Of a stretch of DNA of 64,000 bases, positions 27,854 through 36,927 are shown piece after piece. A model generated the notes under the pieces. It saw nothing but the letters and a program-made list of their open reading frames with translations. It made no database searches and was not told the origin of the DNA. How positions within the stretch are numbered: position 1 is the stretch's first letter; each line of letters opens with the position of its first letter. Source of the stretch: an uncultured Desulfobacterales bacterium (GTDB taxonomy: Bacteria; Desulfobacterota; Desulfobacteria; Desulfobacterales; JAFDDL01); assembly GCA_964407825.1 (NCBI GenBank), contig CAYOXD010000001.1:46032-110031 (forward strand), in the 5' to 3' direction. The translations under genes and the position numbers were made by a program.

Positions 27854-28944
27854 GACATCCCATCCTGAGCTCGGGGAGCCGAATCCAACCGCCCCTCCTG
27901 GGCCTGTTGGTACCAGGCCCTGAACACCGCCTGAACGAGCGTGGCCAGCGGGATGGCAAAAAACACCCCCCATATTCCCCACAAGCCCCCGAAAAGTAAA
28001 ACGGCGGTGATCATGGCCACCGGGTGCAGGTCCACCACCTCGGAGAGAAGCAGCGGCGCCAGCAGGTTGCCGTCCAGCAGCTGAATCACGGCGTAGGCCC
28101 CGACCAGGTAAACGAATTGCGCATGCAGCCCCCATTGAAAATAACCCGTCAGCGCCACCGGAAAGGCCACCACCGTCACACCGATAAACGGCACCAGCAC
28201 CGACAGCCCCGCCGCCAGGGCAACGAGCATGGCCACCTCCAGTCCGAGAATGGAGAAGGTCAGGTAGCTGACGGTCCACACGATGATGATTTCCCAGAAT
28301 TTGCCCCGGGTGTAATTGCCGATTTGCCGGTTGACCTCCCGCCACACCTGGCCGGTCAGGGTATGCCCCTCGGGCAGCAGGCCCTTGATCCAGGTCAGTA
28401 TCTTGATTTTGTCCTTCAGAAAGAAAAACACCATGAGCGGCATCAGGACCATGTAAACGATAAAAGTGAGCAGTCCCCGCACCGATGCCAGGGAAAAGGA
28501 AAGCGCCGTCTTGCTCAACCGTCCGATCTCATTTTGTAAAATATCCATGAGCGCCGATACCTGATCCTGGGATATCACATCCGGATACCGCTGGGGCAGG
28601 TGCATCACCAGCTCCTTGCCCCGATTGAACATGGACGGCAGATCCCTGACGAACTGCCCCACCTGGATCGAAATCATGGGCAGCAAACCGAAGAGCAGGA
28701 ACACCATGAACGCCATGAACAGCAAGAAGATGAGCAGCACCGCGATCATCCGCGGGATGCGCAGCCGCTCCAGGGCCGTCACCAGGCCATCGAGCAGATA
28801 GGCGATGACCAGACTCGCGAATACAGGCGTCAGCTGCCCTCCCATGGTCCAGATCACCAACACCGCGGAAATGAGGAGCAGGACCATGATGATGATCTGC
28901 GGGTCCGTAAAATAGCGTTTGTACCATTCCTGGAACAGCTGCAT
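27850..28944 (-). CDS. AI-2E family transporter (PerM/YdiK-like permease)
   Basis: About 8 TM helices and AI-2E-like sequence. Start at MQLFQEWYKRYF. Confidence 0.8.
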   Translation of the reverse strand: MQLFQEWYKRYFTDPQIIIMVLLLISAVLVIWTMGGQLTPVFASLVIAYLLDGLVTALERLRIPRMIAVLLIFLLFMAFMVFLLFGLLPMISIQVGQFVRDLPSMFNRGKELVMHLPQRYPDVISQDQVSALMDILQNEIGRLSKTALSFSLASVRGLLTFIVYMVLMPLMVFFFLKDKIKILTWIKGLLPEGHTLTGQVWREVNRQIGNYTRGKFWEIIIVWTVSYLTFSILGLEVAMLVALAAGLSVLVPFIGVTVVAFPVALTGYFQWGLHAQFVYLVGAYAVIQLLDGNLLAPLLLSEVVDLHPVAMITAVLLFGGLWGIWGVFFAIPLATLVQAVFRAWYQQAQEGRLDSAPRAQDGMS

Positions 28945-29098
28945 GCCGCTACCTCCCCTGGCCGCCGTCAACCCGGCGCCATGCCGTCTTTACCGCGCCA
29001 ACCATGCCCGTGGTGAGTTGCTTCCAAAACGAATTCATCAAAACAAACCTTTCTGGATTCAAGGGACCGGGTGGACCAAATGAACGCCCCGGTCGCCA

Positions 29099-31294
29099 TT
29101 ATCGGCTCAAGCGCTGTCGCAGGCCGGTGTACCGCCGAGCCGTCTTGTCATTGCCAACGGCGATGGCCAGGGCCTTCCGGGTTCCCACCAACACCACCAG
29201 ATCCCGGCCCCGGGTAACCGCCGTGTATATCAGATTTCGCTGCAGGAGCCTATAGTGTTGAATGAGTACCGGCAAAATCACCACCGGATATTCCGATCCC
29301 TGCGCCTTGTGAACCGAAACCGCGTAGGCCAGAGTGAGCTCATCCAGCTCCGTATAATCATACGAAATGGAACGGCCGTCAAAACGGATCGCAACCTGCT
29401 GCGTCTCGGTATCGATGCGGGCGATCCTTCCGATGTCGCCGTTGAAGACTTCCTTTTCGTAATTGTTCTTGAGTTGCATCACCTTGTCCCGGACCCGGAG
29501 GCACCGGCCGCCACGCATGATCCCTCCCGGCCCGGGGTTGAGGGCTTGCTGGAGGGCGTCGTTCAGGTTGGACGCCCCCACCACCCCGCGGTGCATGGGG
29601 GTCAGCACCTGGATATCCGCCAAGGGATCCAGCCCCTTCCACTCGGGGATCCGCCGCTGGACCAGATCGAGAATCAGGCTGAGGGTCTCCTCGGGATCCT
29701 CGCGGGGGATAAAATAGAAATCACTCTTCCCCCCCTTGGCGGAAGCCTCGGGGAGTTTGCCCCGGTTGATCCGATGGGCATTCACGACAATCCGGCTCTG
29801 CCTCGCCTGGCGGAAAATCTCCGTCAGAGCCACCACCGGCACCACCCCCGAGTCGATAATATCCTTCAGCACGGTGCCCGGGCCCACGGAGGGCAGCTGA
29901 TGGACGTCTCCCACCATGACCAGGACGGCCGTTTTCGGGACCGCCTTGAGCAGATGGTGCATCAGCACCGTGTCGACCATGCTGGCCTCGTCCAGAATAA
30001 GCAGATCACAGGCAAGAGGATGGTCGAAGTTTTTCTGAAAGCCCCGCTTCTGCGGGCTGTAGGCCAGCAACCGGTGGATGGTGCTGGCTTCCCGGCCCGT
30101 TGTCTCGCTCATTCGCTTGGCGGCCCTACCCGTGGGAGCGGCAAGCAGGATCCTGGCCCCCAGCCGGGCGTAGATCTTCAAAATCGCGTTGATGATCGTG
30201 GTCTTGCCCGTACCCGGCCCGCCGGTGATCACCATCACCTTATTATTGAGCGCCGCCTTGATGGCCTGAACCTGCCGCTGGGCAAGGCGGATGGATAGCT
30301 GCCGCTGCACCCAGCGCGCTGCCCGTTCAGCGTCCGCAGCACCCAGGGACCCGGAGTGGTCCCGTAAGAACTTCAGGTGGTTGGCGACACCCTGCTCACA
30401 GGCATGGAATTGGGCGAGGTAGACGGCCTTGTGGTTGACCCGGGCATCCTCGAAGCAGGTGTTCAGATCCTCGATGACGATCCGCCTGTCCCGGGCCACG
30501 GCGGCAACTGCATCCTGGACCACGGAGGAATGGGTTTGAAGGATTTCGCCACACCTTTCCAGCAGCGGTTCATAGGGAAAAAAGACATTGCCCTCGTCGG
30601 CAAGCTGGGTCAGCACATAGAGAATCCCTGCCTGGGCACGTACCGGGGAGTCCTTGCCGAAGCCGAGCTGGTGGGCAATGCGGTCCGCCGTCACAAACCC
30701 GATTCCAAAGATGTCGGTGGCCAAGCGGTATGGATTTTCCTGAACAACGGCGACAGCCTCCTGGCCGTACTGCCTGAAAATCTTGGCGGCATGGGAAGCA
30801 CTGACCCCATGGCCTTGAAGAAAAAGCATTACCTGGCGGATCTCCTTCTGGGCATCCCAGGCAGCCCGAATCATGGAGACCCGTTTCCGGCCGATCCCCG
30901 GCACCTCTGTAAGCCGTCCGGCATCGGATTCAATGACATCGAGGGTATCCTCTCCGAAGAGGGCCACGATCCGCCTGGCCATCACCGGTCCGATCCCTTT
31001 GACGAGCCCCGAGCCGAGATACCGCTGAATGCCGTAAGCGGTTGCCGGCAGGCGCGTCTGGTAGGAGACCACCTTGAACTGGTCTCCGTACTTGGGGTGA
31101 CGCATCCAGTGGCCCCTCAGGGTGAGAAAGGCCCCGGGCGCGGGTCCCATCATATTGCCCACCACCGTCACCAGCTCACTCTGTCCAGGCACCTTCATTC
31201 GGGCAATGGTATAGCCGCTTTGCTCATCCGTGTAGGTGATGCGCTCGATATTTCCGCTCAGCTCTACCAGTCGGCTCTCACTTTTGGATTCCAT
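29099..31294 (-). CDS. recD2: RecD2-type SF1B ATP-dependent DNA helicase
   Basis: 731 aa. N-terminal ERITYTDEQSGYTIARMKV module, HhH region, Walker A VITGGPGTGKTT, and C-terminal SH3-like/2B regions typical of RecD2. Confidence 0.85.
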   Translation of the reverse strand: MESKSESRLVELSGNIERITYTDEQSGYTIARMKVPGQSELVTVVGNMMGPAPGAFLTLRGHWMRHPKYGDQFKVVSYQTRLPATAYGIQRYLGSGLVKGIGPVMARRIVALFGEDTLDVIESDAGRLTEVPGIGRKRVSMIRAAWDAQKEIRQVMLFLQGHGVSASHAAKIFRQYGQEAVAVVQENPYRLATDIFGIGFVTADRIAHQLGFGKDSPVRAQAGILYVLTQLADEGNVFFPYEPLLERCGEILQTHSSVVQDAVAAVARDRRIVIEDLNTCFEDARVNHKAVYLAQFHACEQGVANHLKFLRDHSGSLGAADAERAARWVQRQLSIRLAQRQVQAIKAALNNKVMVITGGPGTGKTTIINAILKIYARLGARILLAAPTGRAAKRMSETTGREASTIHRLLAYSPQKRGFQKNFDHPLACDLLILDEASMVDTVLMHHLLKAVPKTAVLVMVGDVHQLPSVGPGTVLKDIIDSGVVPVVALTEIFRQARQSRIVVNAHRINRGKLPEASAKGGKSDFYFIPREDPEETLSLILDLVQRRIPEWKGLDPLADIQVLTPMHRGVVGASNLNDALQQALNPGPGGIMRGGRCLRVRDKVMQLKNNYEKEVFNGDIGRIARIDTETQQVAIRFDGRSISYDYTELDELTLAYAVSVHKAQGSEYPVVILPVLIQHYRLLQRNLIYTAVTRGRDLVVLVGTRKALAIAVGNDKTARRYTGLRQRLSR

Positions 31295-31451
31295 GGCATC
31301 GATATCTCATCCGTTAAGCGCCGCATCCCCGGAGGATGATGGACAAAAGGCCCCACAAATACAGGTAAACCGCCCCATCCCCACTCAGGGTCGCCCTATA
31401 TTAGCCCCCATGGAGGCATTGTCAAGCCAGGAGGGGCCTGCGTCGCCTCCC

Positions 31452-31480
31452 TTGACAGCGACACCTGGAAAAGGTAAGGT
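31452..31480 (+). promoter_or_regulatory. Candidate sigma-70 promoter for the GspE-like gene
   Basis: TTGACA (31452-31457), 17-nt spacer, TAAGGT (31475-31480). About 70 nt upstream of the ATG at 31549. Confidence 0.3.
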
Positions 31481-31548
31481 ATATTCAACGATTTCAGCGA
31501 ATAAAACGTATATCTCCAGACTCTTTAACGACCAAGGATCTTGTCCCT

Positions 31549-34131
31549 ATGCCCAACGATCCGGAACAGGAGAAAATCGGCTCTACCCTGAAAACCGGGG
31601 AACTGCTGGTAAAAGAGGGTTTCGTCCATTCCTCGGATATCGATATGGCGCTGGACATTCAACGCCATGAGATCGCCGAAGCCCGCCTGCCCTTGGGCAA
31701 ATTCCTTGTTAAGCGGGGACTCATCAGCACGATCCAACTGCAGGGTCTCCTGGCCCATTCGACCATCCGGAACGGCATCGGAAAATGGGCCGTGGCCTCC
31801 GGCCTCCTGGACGAAACCTCGCTGGCGGCATTTGTCCGTCAAAAGGAGCCGCAGGTACCGCTGGATGAAGCGCTGATCAAACGCGGCATGATTGCCCGTG
31901 ACCAGGTGCGGGCCTATCTCAGACACCAGCTGGACTGCCCGGCACTTGGGGAACTGGCCGTTCGGCTGAATTTCGTTGACGGCCCCCAATTGGCGGCCGC
32001 AATCCGCGTGAAGAAAAATCCCCGGACCATTGGTGAAATCCTATGCAACCAGAACCTGATCACGCCCATCGACCTGAACACGGTTCTGGCAAAATATCGC
32101 AAGCATTTAAAACTGGGCAAGATTCTCGTCAAGAGAGGCATCATCGATCCGGAGTCCCTCGCCATGGCGATAGAGGCCCAAAAGCGCCATCCGGATCCCA
32201 TCGGAAAAATATTGCGCAAATGCGGACTGGCGAGCGAGCATGAGATTTATAAAGCCTTTTCCATTCAGTATAACCTGCCCTTCCGGTCCTACGAGGATCT
32301 TTCCTTTACCGCCGGCCAGAAGGCAGAGCTGACCGATATCATCGGCCAGGATTTTGCTCACCGGTTCCACATCCTGCCGGTTCACCTGGAGTCCAACCGT
32401 CTGACGGTGGCCATCTGTCAACCGGACAGCATCAAGGTGCTCCGGGCCCTCAGAACCAAGCAGGTCGATCTGAGAATCGATTGTACACTGGTAACAGAAA
32501 CCGCATTCCAGAGCCTTCTGCATCTCCTCTATGAAGACCCCCAACCCGAACCCCAGCCGAAGTTGGACTCCCCCGCGCCTCTGGCGGAGCCCGATGGCGC
32601 TGATCCCCGGTCCAAGACAACGCTTCCTGCCCCCGGCGCCGAAGACGAGATGATCCGATTCCTTCTGAATCAAGCGCTCCAATGGCGCGCTGAAACGATC
32701 CATATCGACCTGGACGGTGAGGGGAGCAACCTGCGATTCCGCATCAACGGAAGCCTCAAGAGCGATCCTCCCCCCTGGTTTGAAAAGCGATTCCTGGAAA
32801 TCGCCCCTGATGTGATCCGTCGCATTCGGGAAATGGCAGGTGTGGAACCGGACGGCGGCCAGAGCGCCTGGGAAGGCCGGGCAGAAACCCTCCACAGGGA
32901 TCCTTCCCGGGAGGCGACGGTAAAGGTCGGATTTTATGCGGCCGGTTGTACCACCATGACCGGAGAGACGGTCACCCTGACCTTAGAGGCGCCTCCCGGA
33001 GGCGAGAGTTCGCTCCATCCGCCGGATTTGTCGCCCGTCGTCAGGACAGCCTTCCGCCAGGTGTTGACAAAGGGTCCCGGTCTCGTGCTGGTGACCGTCC
33101 CCTGGGACGTCCACCCCCTAGAGATGGTACGCTGCGGCCTGGACAGTTTCAGCCCCCGGGAATCCAAAATCATTGTCGTATCATCACCGGCTGCCCCCCC
33201 GTTTCCCGGTGCCATCCGGATGAATCTCCCGAGCGATGGGACCGTCTCCAAGGAATCCTTCTTTCAAACCGTGTTGAAGCTCGATCCCGACATTCTGGTT
33301 CTGGATGCGCTGGAAGATGCGACCAGCGCCCGCTTCGCCCTGGAAGCGGGTCAATCCCTTCGGTGCATCGGCACCCTAAAGGCAGGCGATGCCGCGCAAG
33401 CCCTCATTCGCCTGCGTGCTCTGGGGCTGGACCCGGATCTGACGGCCGATCGTCTCTTGGGCGTTCTGGCCTGCGCGCCTTCCCGAAAACTCTGCCGACA
33501 CTGCAAAATCCCTCATCAACCGGAAGCCACGCAGTGGCAGGCCCTGTTCGCAGCCCCGCCGAAACATCTCCGTTTTTACGTGGCGGGCAAGGGGTGCGAG
33601 GCATGCCGCTTTTCAGGATATGAAGGGCAACTGCTGCTGTCCGAACTGCTCCAGCCGGGCGAGTCGCTCCGAACGGCCATCCGCTCGAGGGCCTCCGAAC
33701 CGGTGCTCCGCCGACTGGCCTTTCGTGAAGGGATGCGTTCGCTGGTGGAAGATGGACTCTCCCGGCTCGATGAAACCAGCCTGGGGGCTATTCTTGAAAC
33801 CGTTCCCTTCGCCGCCGCCCGGGCATTTCTGGAAACCCAGCGGGGCCAACCCCTCGAACCCGGCGAGACACCGGTTCATGTGGCAGTGATCTCGGCCCCT
33901 GAGCAACAGGGGAAAGCCCTGACCGGCCTGCACGATGCCTATGAACGGCTTATGGCGGCCAAGGGGATTCGGACCAGCGCCTCAGACGAAAGTCTTTTCA
34001 ACGAATTCATCAGGAATCATTTCCAGCGGATATGCCATCAACAGGGATGCCGTCGGGTTGTTTTCACGGTCATGGACAGCCCGGACCGTCCAACCCTCAC
34101 GGCCGTCCCCCTCGGCCCGAAGGAGGGGTGA
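31549..34131 (+). CDS. GspE/PilB-family protein with eight tandem MshEN-type motifs, one T2SSE_N domain and a degenerate (Walker A-less) ATPase core
   Basis: Residues about 11-240 are eight repeats at a 28-aa period, e.g. LGKFLVKRGLISTIQLQGLL and LGKILVKRGIIDPESLAMAIEAQ. ATPase-core landmarks are AETIHIDL, LRFRINGSL and the tetracysteine CRHC...CEAC. The Walker A position reads LVLVTVPWDVHPL and the Walker B region reads DILVLDALED. Confidence 0.7.
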   Translation: MPNDPEQEKIGSTLKTGELLVKEGFVHSSDIDMALDIQRHEIAEARLPLGKFLVKRGLISTIQLQGLLAHSTIRNGIGKWAVASGLLDETSLAAFVRQKEPQVPLDEALIKRGMIARDQVRAYLRHQLDCPALGELAVRLNFVDGPQLAAAIRVKKNPRTIGEILCNQNLITPIDLNTVLAKYRKHLKLGKILVKRGIIDPESLAMAIEAQKRHPDPIGKILRKCGLASEHEIYKAFSIQYNLPFRSYEDLSFTAGQKAELTDIIGQDFAHRFHILPVHLESNRLTVAICQPDSIKVLRALRTKQVDLRIDCTLVTETAFQSLLHLLYEDPQPEPQPKLDSPAPLAEPDGADPRSKTTLPAPGAEDEMIRFLLNQALQWRAETIHIDLDGEGSNLRFRINGSLKSDPPPWFEKRFLEIAPDVIRRIREMAGVEPDGGQSAWEGRAETLHRDPSREATVKVGFYAAGCTTMTGETVTLTLEAPPGGESSLHPPDLSPVVRTAFRQVLTKGPGLVLVTVPWDVHPLEMVRCGLDSFSPRESKIIVVSSPAAPPFPGAIRMNLPSDGTVSKESFFQTVLKLDPDILVLDALEDATSARFALEAGQSLRCIGTLKAGDAAQALIRLRALGLDPDLTADRLLGVLACAPSRKLCRHCKIPHQPEATQWQALFAAPPKHLRFYVAGKGCEACRFSGYEGQLLLSELLQPGESLRTAIRSRASEPVLRRLAFREGMRSLVEDGLSRLDETSLGAILETVPFAAARAFLETQRGQPLEPGETPVHVAVISAPEQQGKALTGLHDAYERLMAAKGIRTSASDESLFNEFIRNHFQRICHQQGCRRVVFTVMDSPDRPTLTAVPLGPKEG

Positions 34132-34142
34132 AAGGGAAAGAC

Positions 34143-35321
34143 ATGCCACGAACCATCGCCGTCGCCAGCGGTAAGGGCGGGGTCGGAAAGACGAATATCA
34201 GCGTCAACCTGGCCATCCAACTGGCCCGCCGGGGGTTGCGCACCTGCCTGTTCGATGCGGACCTGGGGCTTGCCAACATCGACATCCTCCTGGGGATGTA
34301 TCCCGAGTTCAACCTGTCCCATGTCATAGATGGTCAAAAGCACATGTCCGACATCCTGATCCGGGATTATATGGGAGTCGACATCGTTCCAGGGAGCACC
34401 GGAATCTCCAGGCTCGCCAATTTGGCCGTCCACCAGATCGGTCCGGTATTGGAATCCATCTCGGTGCTGGATTCCTATGATATGATCCTTTTTGACACCT
34501 CGGCGGGGGCCGATGGAAATGTCACGGCGTTCTGTAGAGCCGCCTCCCAGGTACTGCTCATCATCACGCCCGAGCCCACCTCCCTGACCGACGCCTATTC
34601 CCTGCTGAAAATCCTGTCCTCCCAGGGGGGGGTAAAACCGGTGGGGGTGGTGGTCAACCAGGTGAGAAACCAGCACCATGCCCAGGTGGCTTACCTGAGC
34701 CTGAGCCGGGCCGCCGCCCAACACCTTGGGCTCAGTCTCTCGCTCATCGGGTTTATCATCCAGGATCCGCTGGTCACCGAAGCGGTCAAGCGCCAAAGGC
34801 CCTTTAGCGCTCTGTACCCCAAATCCATCGCCTCGGCCTGCATCCGGAACATTACGGACCGATTCATCTCGGAAGAGGGTACGGGAATTTTCCCAACGGA
34901 TATGCAATCCTTCTGGCGGACCTTCATGGAACTGCCCCAGGAATCCCTCCCCCTGCCTGTCCCCGGCCATTCGCCCCCCCCTGCATCGGTTCCGGCGGAC
35001 GGATCCCCTGCAGCCGGGGAAAGGGACATACGGGAAATAAAGATGCATCTATCGGTGATCGAAACCCAGATAAGCGCCATCGTCAAGGTGATGACATCCC
35101 TGGAAGAGCGCTTACGGGCCCATGAGGGCGCATCGCCGCCTCCGGTGGCGAACGGCTCGCGCAGGGAGTCCATCCCCCTTGATTTCGAAGCTTTTTTGGC
35201 GGAGAAACCGCCCATGCTCCCCCTCCAGAAGCAAAAACCCTCGCATACAGACGGTTCGACCACTGCGGCAGCGCAGCGGGGAGGGCGGCGGGTTTCAGAT
35301 GGAAACCGCGACACTGTTTGA
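34143..35321 (+). CDS. MinD/ParA/FlhG-family deviant Walker A ATPase with a Pro-rich/coiled-coil C-terminal extension
   Basis: MPRTIAVASGKGGVGKTNISVNLA (KGGxxGK[ST]), with the start 12 nt after the GspE-like stop and an AAAGGGAAAG SD. An extra tail of about 140 aa has no obvious membrane-targeting helix. The track start at 34032 is an over-extension. Confidence 0.8.
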   Translation: MPRTIAVASGKGGVGKTNISVNLAIQLARRGLRTCLFDADLGLANIDILLGMYPEFNLSHVIDGQKHMSDILIRDYMGVDIVPGSTGISRLANLAVHQIGPVLESISVLDSYDMILFDTSAGADGNVTAFCRAASQVLLIITPEPTSLTDAYSLLKILSSQGGVKPVGVVVNQVRNQHHAQVAYLSLSRAAAQHLGLSLSLIGFIIQDPLVTEAVKRQRPFSALYPKSIASACIRNITDRFISEEGTGIFPTDMQSFWRTFMELPQESLPLPVPGHSPPPASVPADGSPAAGERDIREIKMHLSVIETQISAIVKVMTSLEERLRAHEGASPPPVANGSRRESIPLDFEAFLAEKPPMLPLQKQKPSHTDGSTTAAAQRGGRRVSDGNRDTV

Positions 35322-35524
35322 ATGCCCCGCAACACCTCACCTGCGCCATGGAAGGAATAAAAGCCCGTTCATCGAGAATGGCTGGGGATCTTGCCACCTG
35401 CATGGAAATCCGTTAAGGTTGTATTTCGCTCCGGCGCCCGCGATGCCATCGGCGCCCGCCAGGGCCTTCCCATCCGCTGGATGCCCTTGACCGGCCGGAC
35501 ACCTGAACCTGAGGAGTGTGATCC

Positions 35525-36226
35525 ATGACCCGCCAGTGCAGCAACGCGTCGCCTTGCCTCGATATCCAGGCGCAGGAGGCGGCCTGGGAAGCCCTCCTGG
35601 GGTCTGTCCGGACTCTTGCCCGGGAGCGCTTCAACCTGGCCAGGGGAAGCCACGACTGGGACCACACCCTCCGGGTGGCCCGTTTGTGCCGACGAATCGG
35701 AGAAAAGGAGGCCGCCGACATGACGGTGCTGCTCATCTCGGCCTACCTGCACGACATCGGCCGGGCGGACGAGGACGCCTCCCGGGGGGGACTGTGCCAC
35801 GCGGAAAAAGGTGCCCAACTGGCTGCCCCCATCGTTTCCAGATTACCACTGGATGAGGCGCGGCAAGAAAACATCCTCCACTGTATCCGGGCGCACCGGT
35901 TCCGGGGGAGCGCCGTTCCCGCGACCATCGAAGCCAGGGTGCTCTTTGATGCGGACAAGCTCGATGCCATCGGTGCCGTGGGCATCGCCCGGGCGTTTCT
36001 CTTCGCCGGGGAAATCGGTGCCTGCCTTCACAATCCCGATATCGACGTGACCCGTTGCCCCTCCTACTCGATCAACGACACGGGCTACCGGGAGTTCAAG
36101 GTCAAACTGAGCAAGATACGGGATCGCATCCTGACCCGAACAGGCCGGCGGATCGCTGAGGCGCGTCATCGGTTCATGACCCAGTTTTTCAGACGATTCA
36201 TTCAGGAGTTCAATGGAGAAAGGTGA
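35525..36226 (+). CDS. HD-domain metal-dependent phosphohydrolase
   Basis: HDWDHTLRV and YLHDIGR motifs. GAGGAG SD. No GYP motif. Confidence 0.7.
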   Translation: MTRQCSNASPCLDIQAQEAAWEALLGSVRTLARERFNLARGSHDWDHTLRVARLCRRIGEKEAADMTVLLISAYLHDIGRADEDASRGGLCHAEKGAQLAAPIVSRLPLDEARQENILHCIRAHRFRGSAVPATIEARVLFDADKLDAIGAVGIARAFLFAGEIGACLHNPDIDVTRCPSYSINDTGYREFKVKLSKIRDRILTRTGRRIAEARHRFMTQFFRRFIQEFNGER

Positions 36227-36907
36227 ATGGGAATGGCAATGAATATTGTTGAAAAAATAGATAATATAGTCAAAATCAAGCGGGTCCTGGTCAGCGTCTC
36301 GGACAAATCCGGACTCGACACCTTCATTCCCGCCCTCTTGGCGGTCAATCCGGAAATCCATTTTTTTTCCACAGGTGGAACCTTTCAAACCCTCAAGGGG
36401 CTCGTGGGCCGGCACCCGGAATGCCTGACCCAGGTCTCCGAGTATACAGGACAGCCGGAAACCCAGGGAGGGCTTGTGAAAACCCTCGACTTCAAGGTCT
36501 ACCTGGGACTCCTCACGGAAACCTATAACGAGGCCCATCAGGAGGACCTGCGCCGTACAGACGCCGTTGCCATCGACATGGTGGTGGTCAACCTCTACCC
36601 CTTCAGAGAAACGGTCAGTGCCGCAGACGTCACCGTGGAAAGGGCCCGGGGAAATATCGACATCGGCGGCCCCTGTATGATCCGCGCGGCGGCCAAGAAT
36701 TTCATCCGCGTCGCCGCGGTGGTTTCCCCGAACGACTACGCCCCTATCATCGAGCAGATGAAGGCAACCGGGGGCGCGCTCGATCTGGCCCAACGCTTTG
36801 CCTTGGCCCAGAAGGCCTTCGGCCACACGGCGGCATACGACCAGGCCATCGCCCAATACCTCGGCGATACGGCGTTCGATCAGGTTTCCAGCTGTTACGA
36901 CAGGTAG
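36227..36907 (+). CDS. purH: IMP cyclohydrolase (PurH N-terminal MGS-like domain) as a stand-alone gene
   Basis: VLVSVSDKSG, MVVVNLYPF, NIDIGGPCMIRAAAKN. Ends with a stop at the usual inter-domain linker. Confidence 0.8.
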   Translation: MGMAMNIVEKIDNIVKIKRVLVSVSDKSGLDTFIPALLAVNPEIHFFSTGGTFQTLKGLVGRHPECLTQVSEYTGQPETQGGLVKTLDFKVYLGLLTETYNEAHQEDLRRTDAVAIDMVVVNLYPFRETVSAADVTVERARGNIDIGGPCMIRAAAKNFIRVAAVVSPNDYAPIIEQMKATGGALDLAQRFALAQKAFGHTAAYDQAIAQYLGDTAFDQVSSCYDR

Positions 36908-36927
36908 CATACACACAGGAGCGACAT

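Noticed and set aside
25880-28345. ORF-track 821-aa version of parE; likewise the long N-terminal extensions of 61386-63968, 34032-35321, 60028-60723, 51802-52284 and 56638-57111
   Set aside because: The extensions overlap upstream genes or leaders and lack family similarity. Internal starts with good SDs reproduce canonical N-termini (for example MTHQEYTAEAIEVL for ParE and MPRTIAVASGKGGVGKT for the MinD-like protein).
35379-35395. Sigma-54-like sequence TGGCTGgggatcTTGCC upstream of the HD-domain gene
   Set aside because: GG and GC are separated by 11 nt rather than the invariant 10, so it does not fit the -24/-12 geometry.
35843-36916. 357-aa minus-strand ORF
   Set aside because: It overlaps the HD-domain and IMP-cyclohydrolase genes, both of which have diagnostic motifs on the plus strand. 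Shadow ORF.
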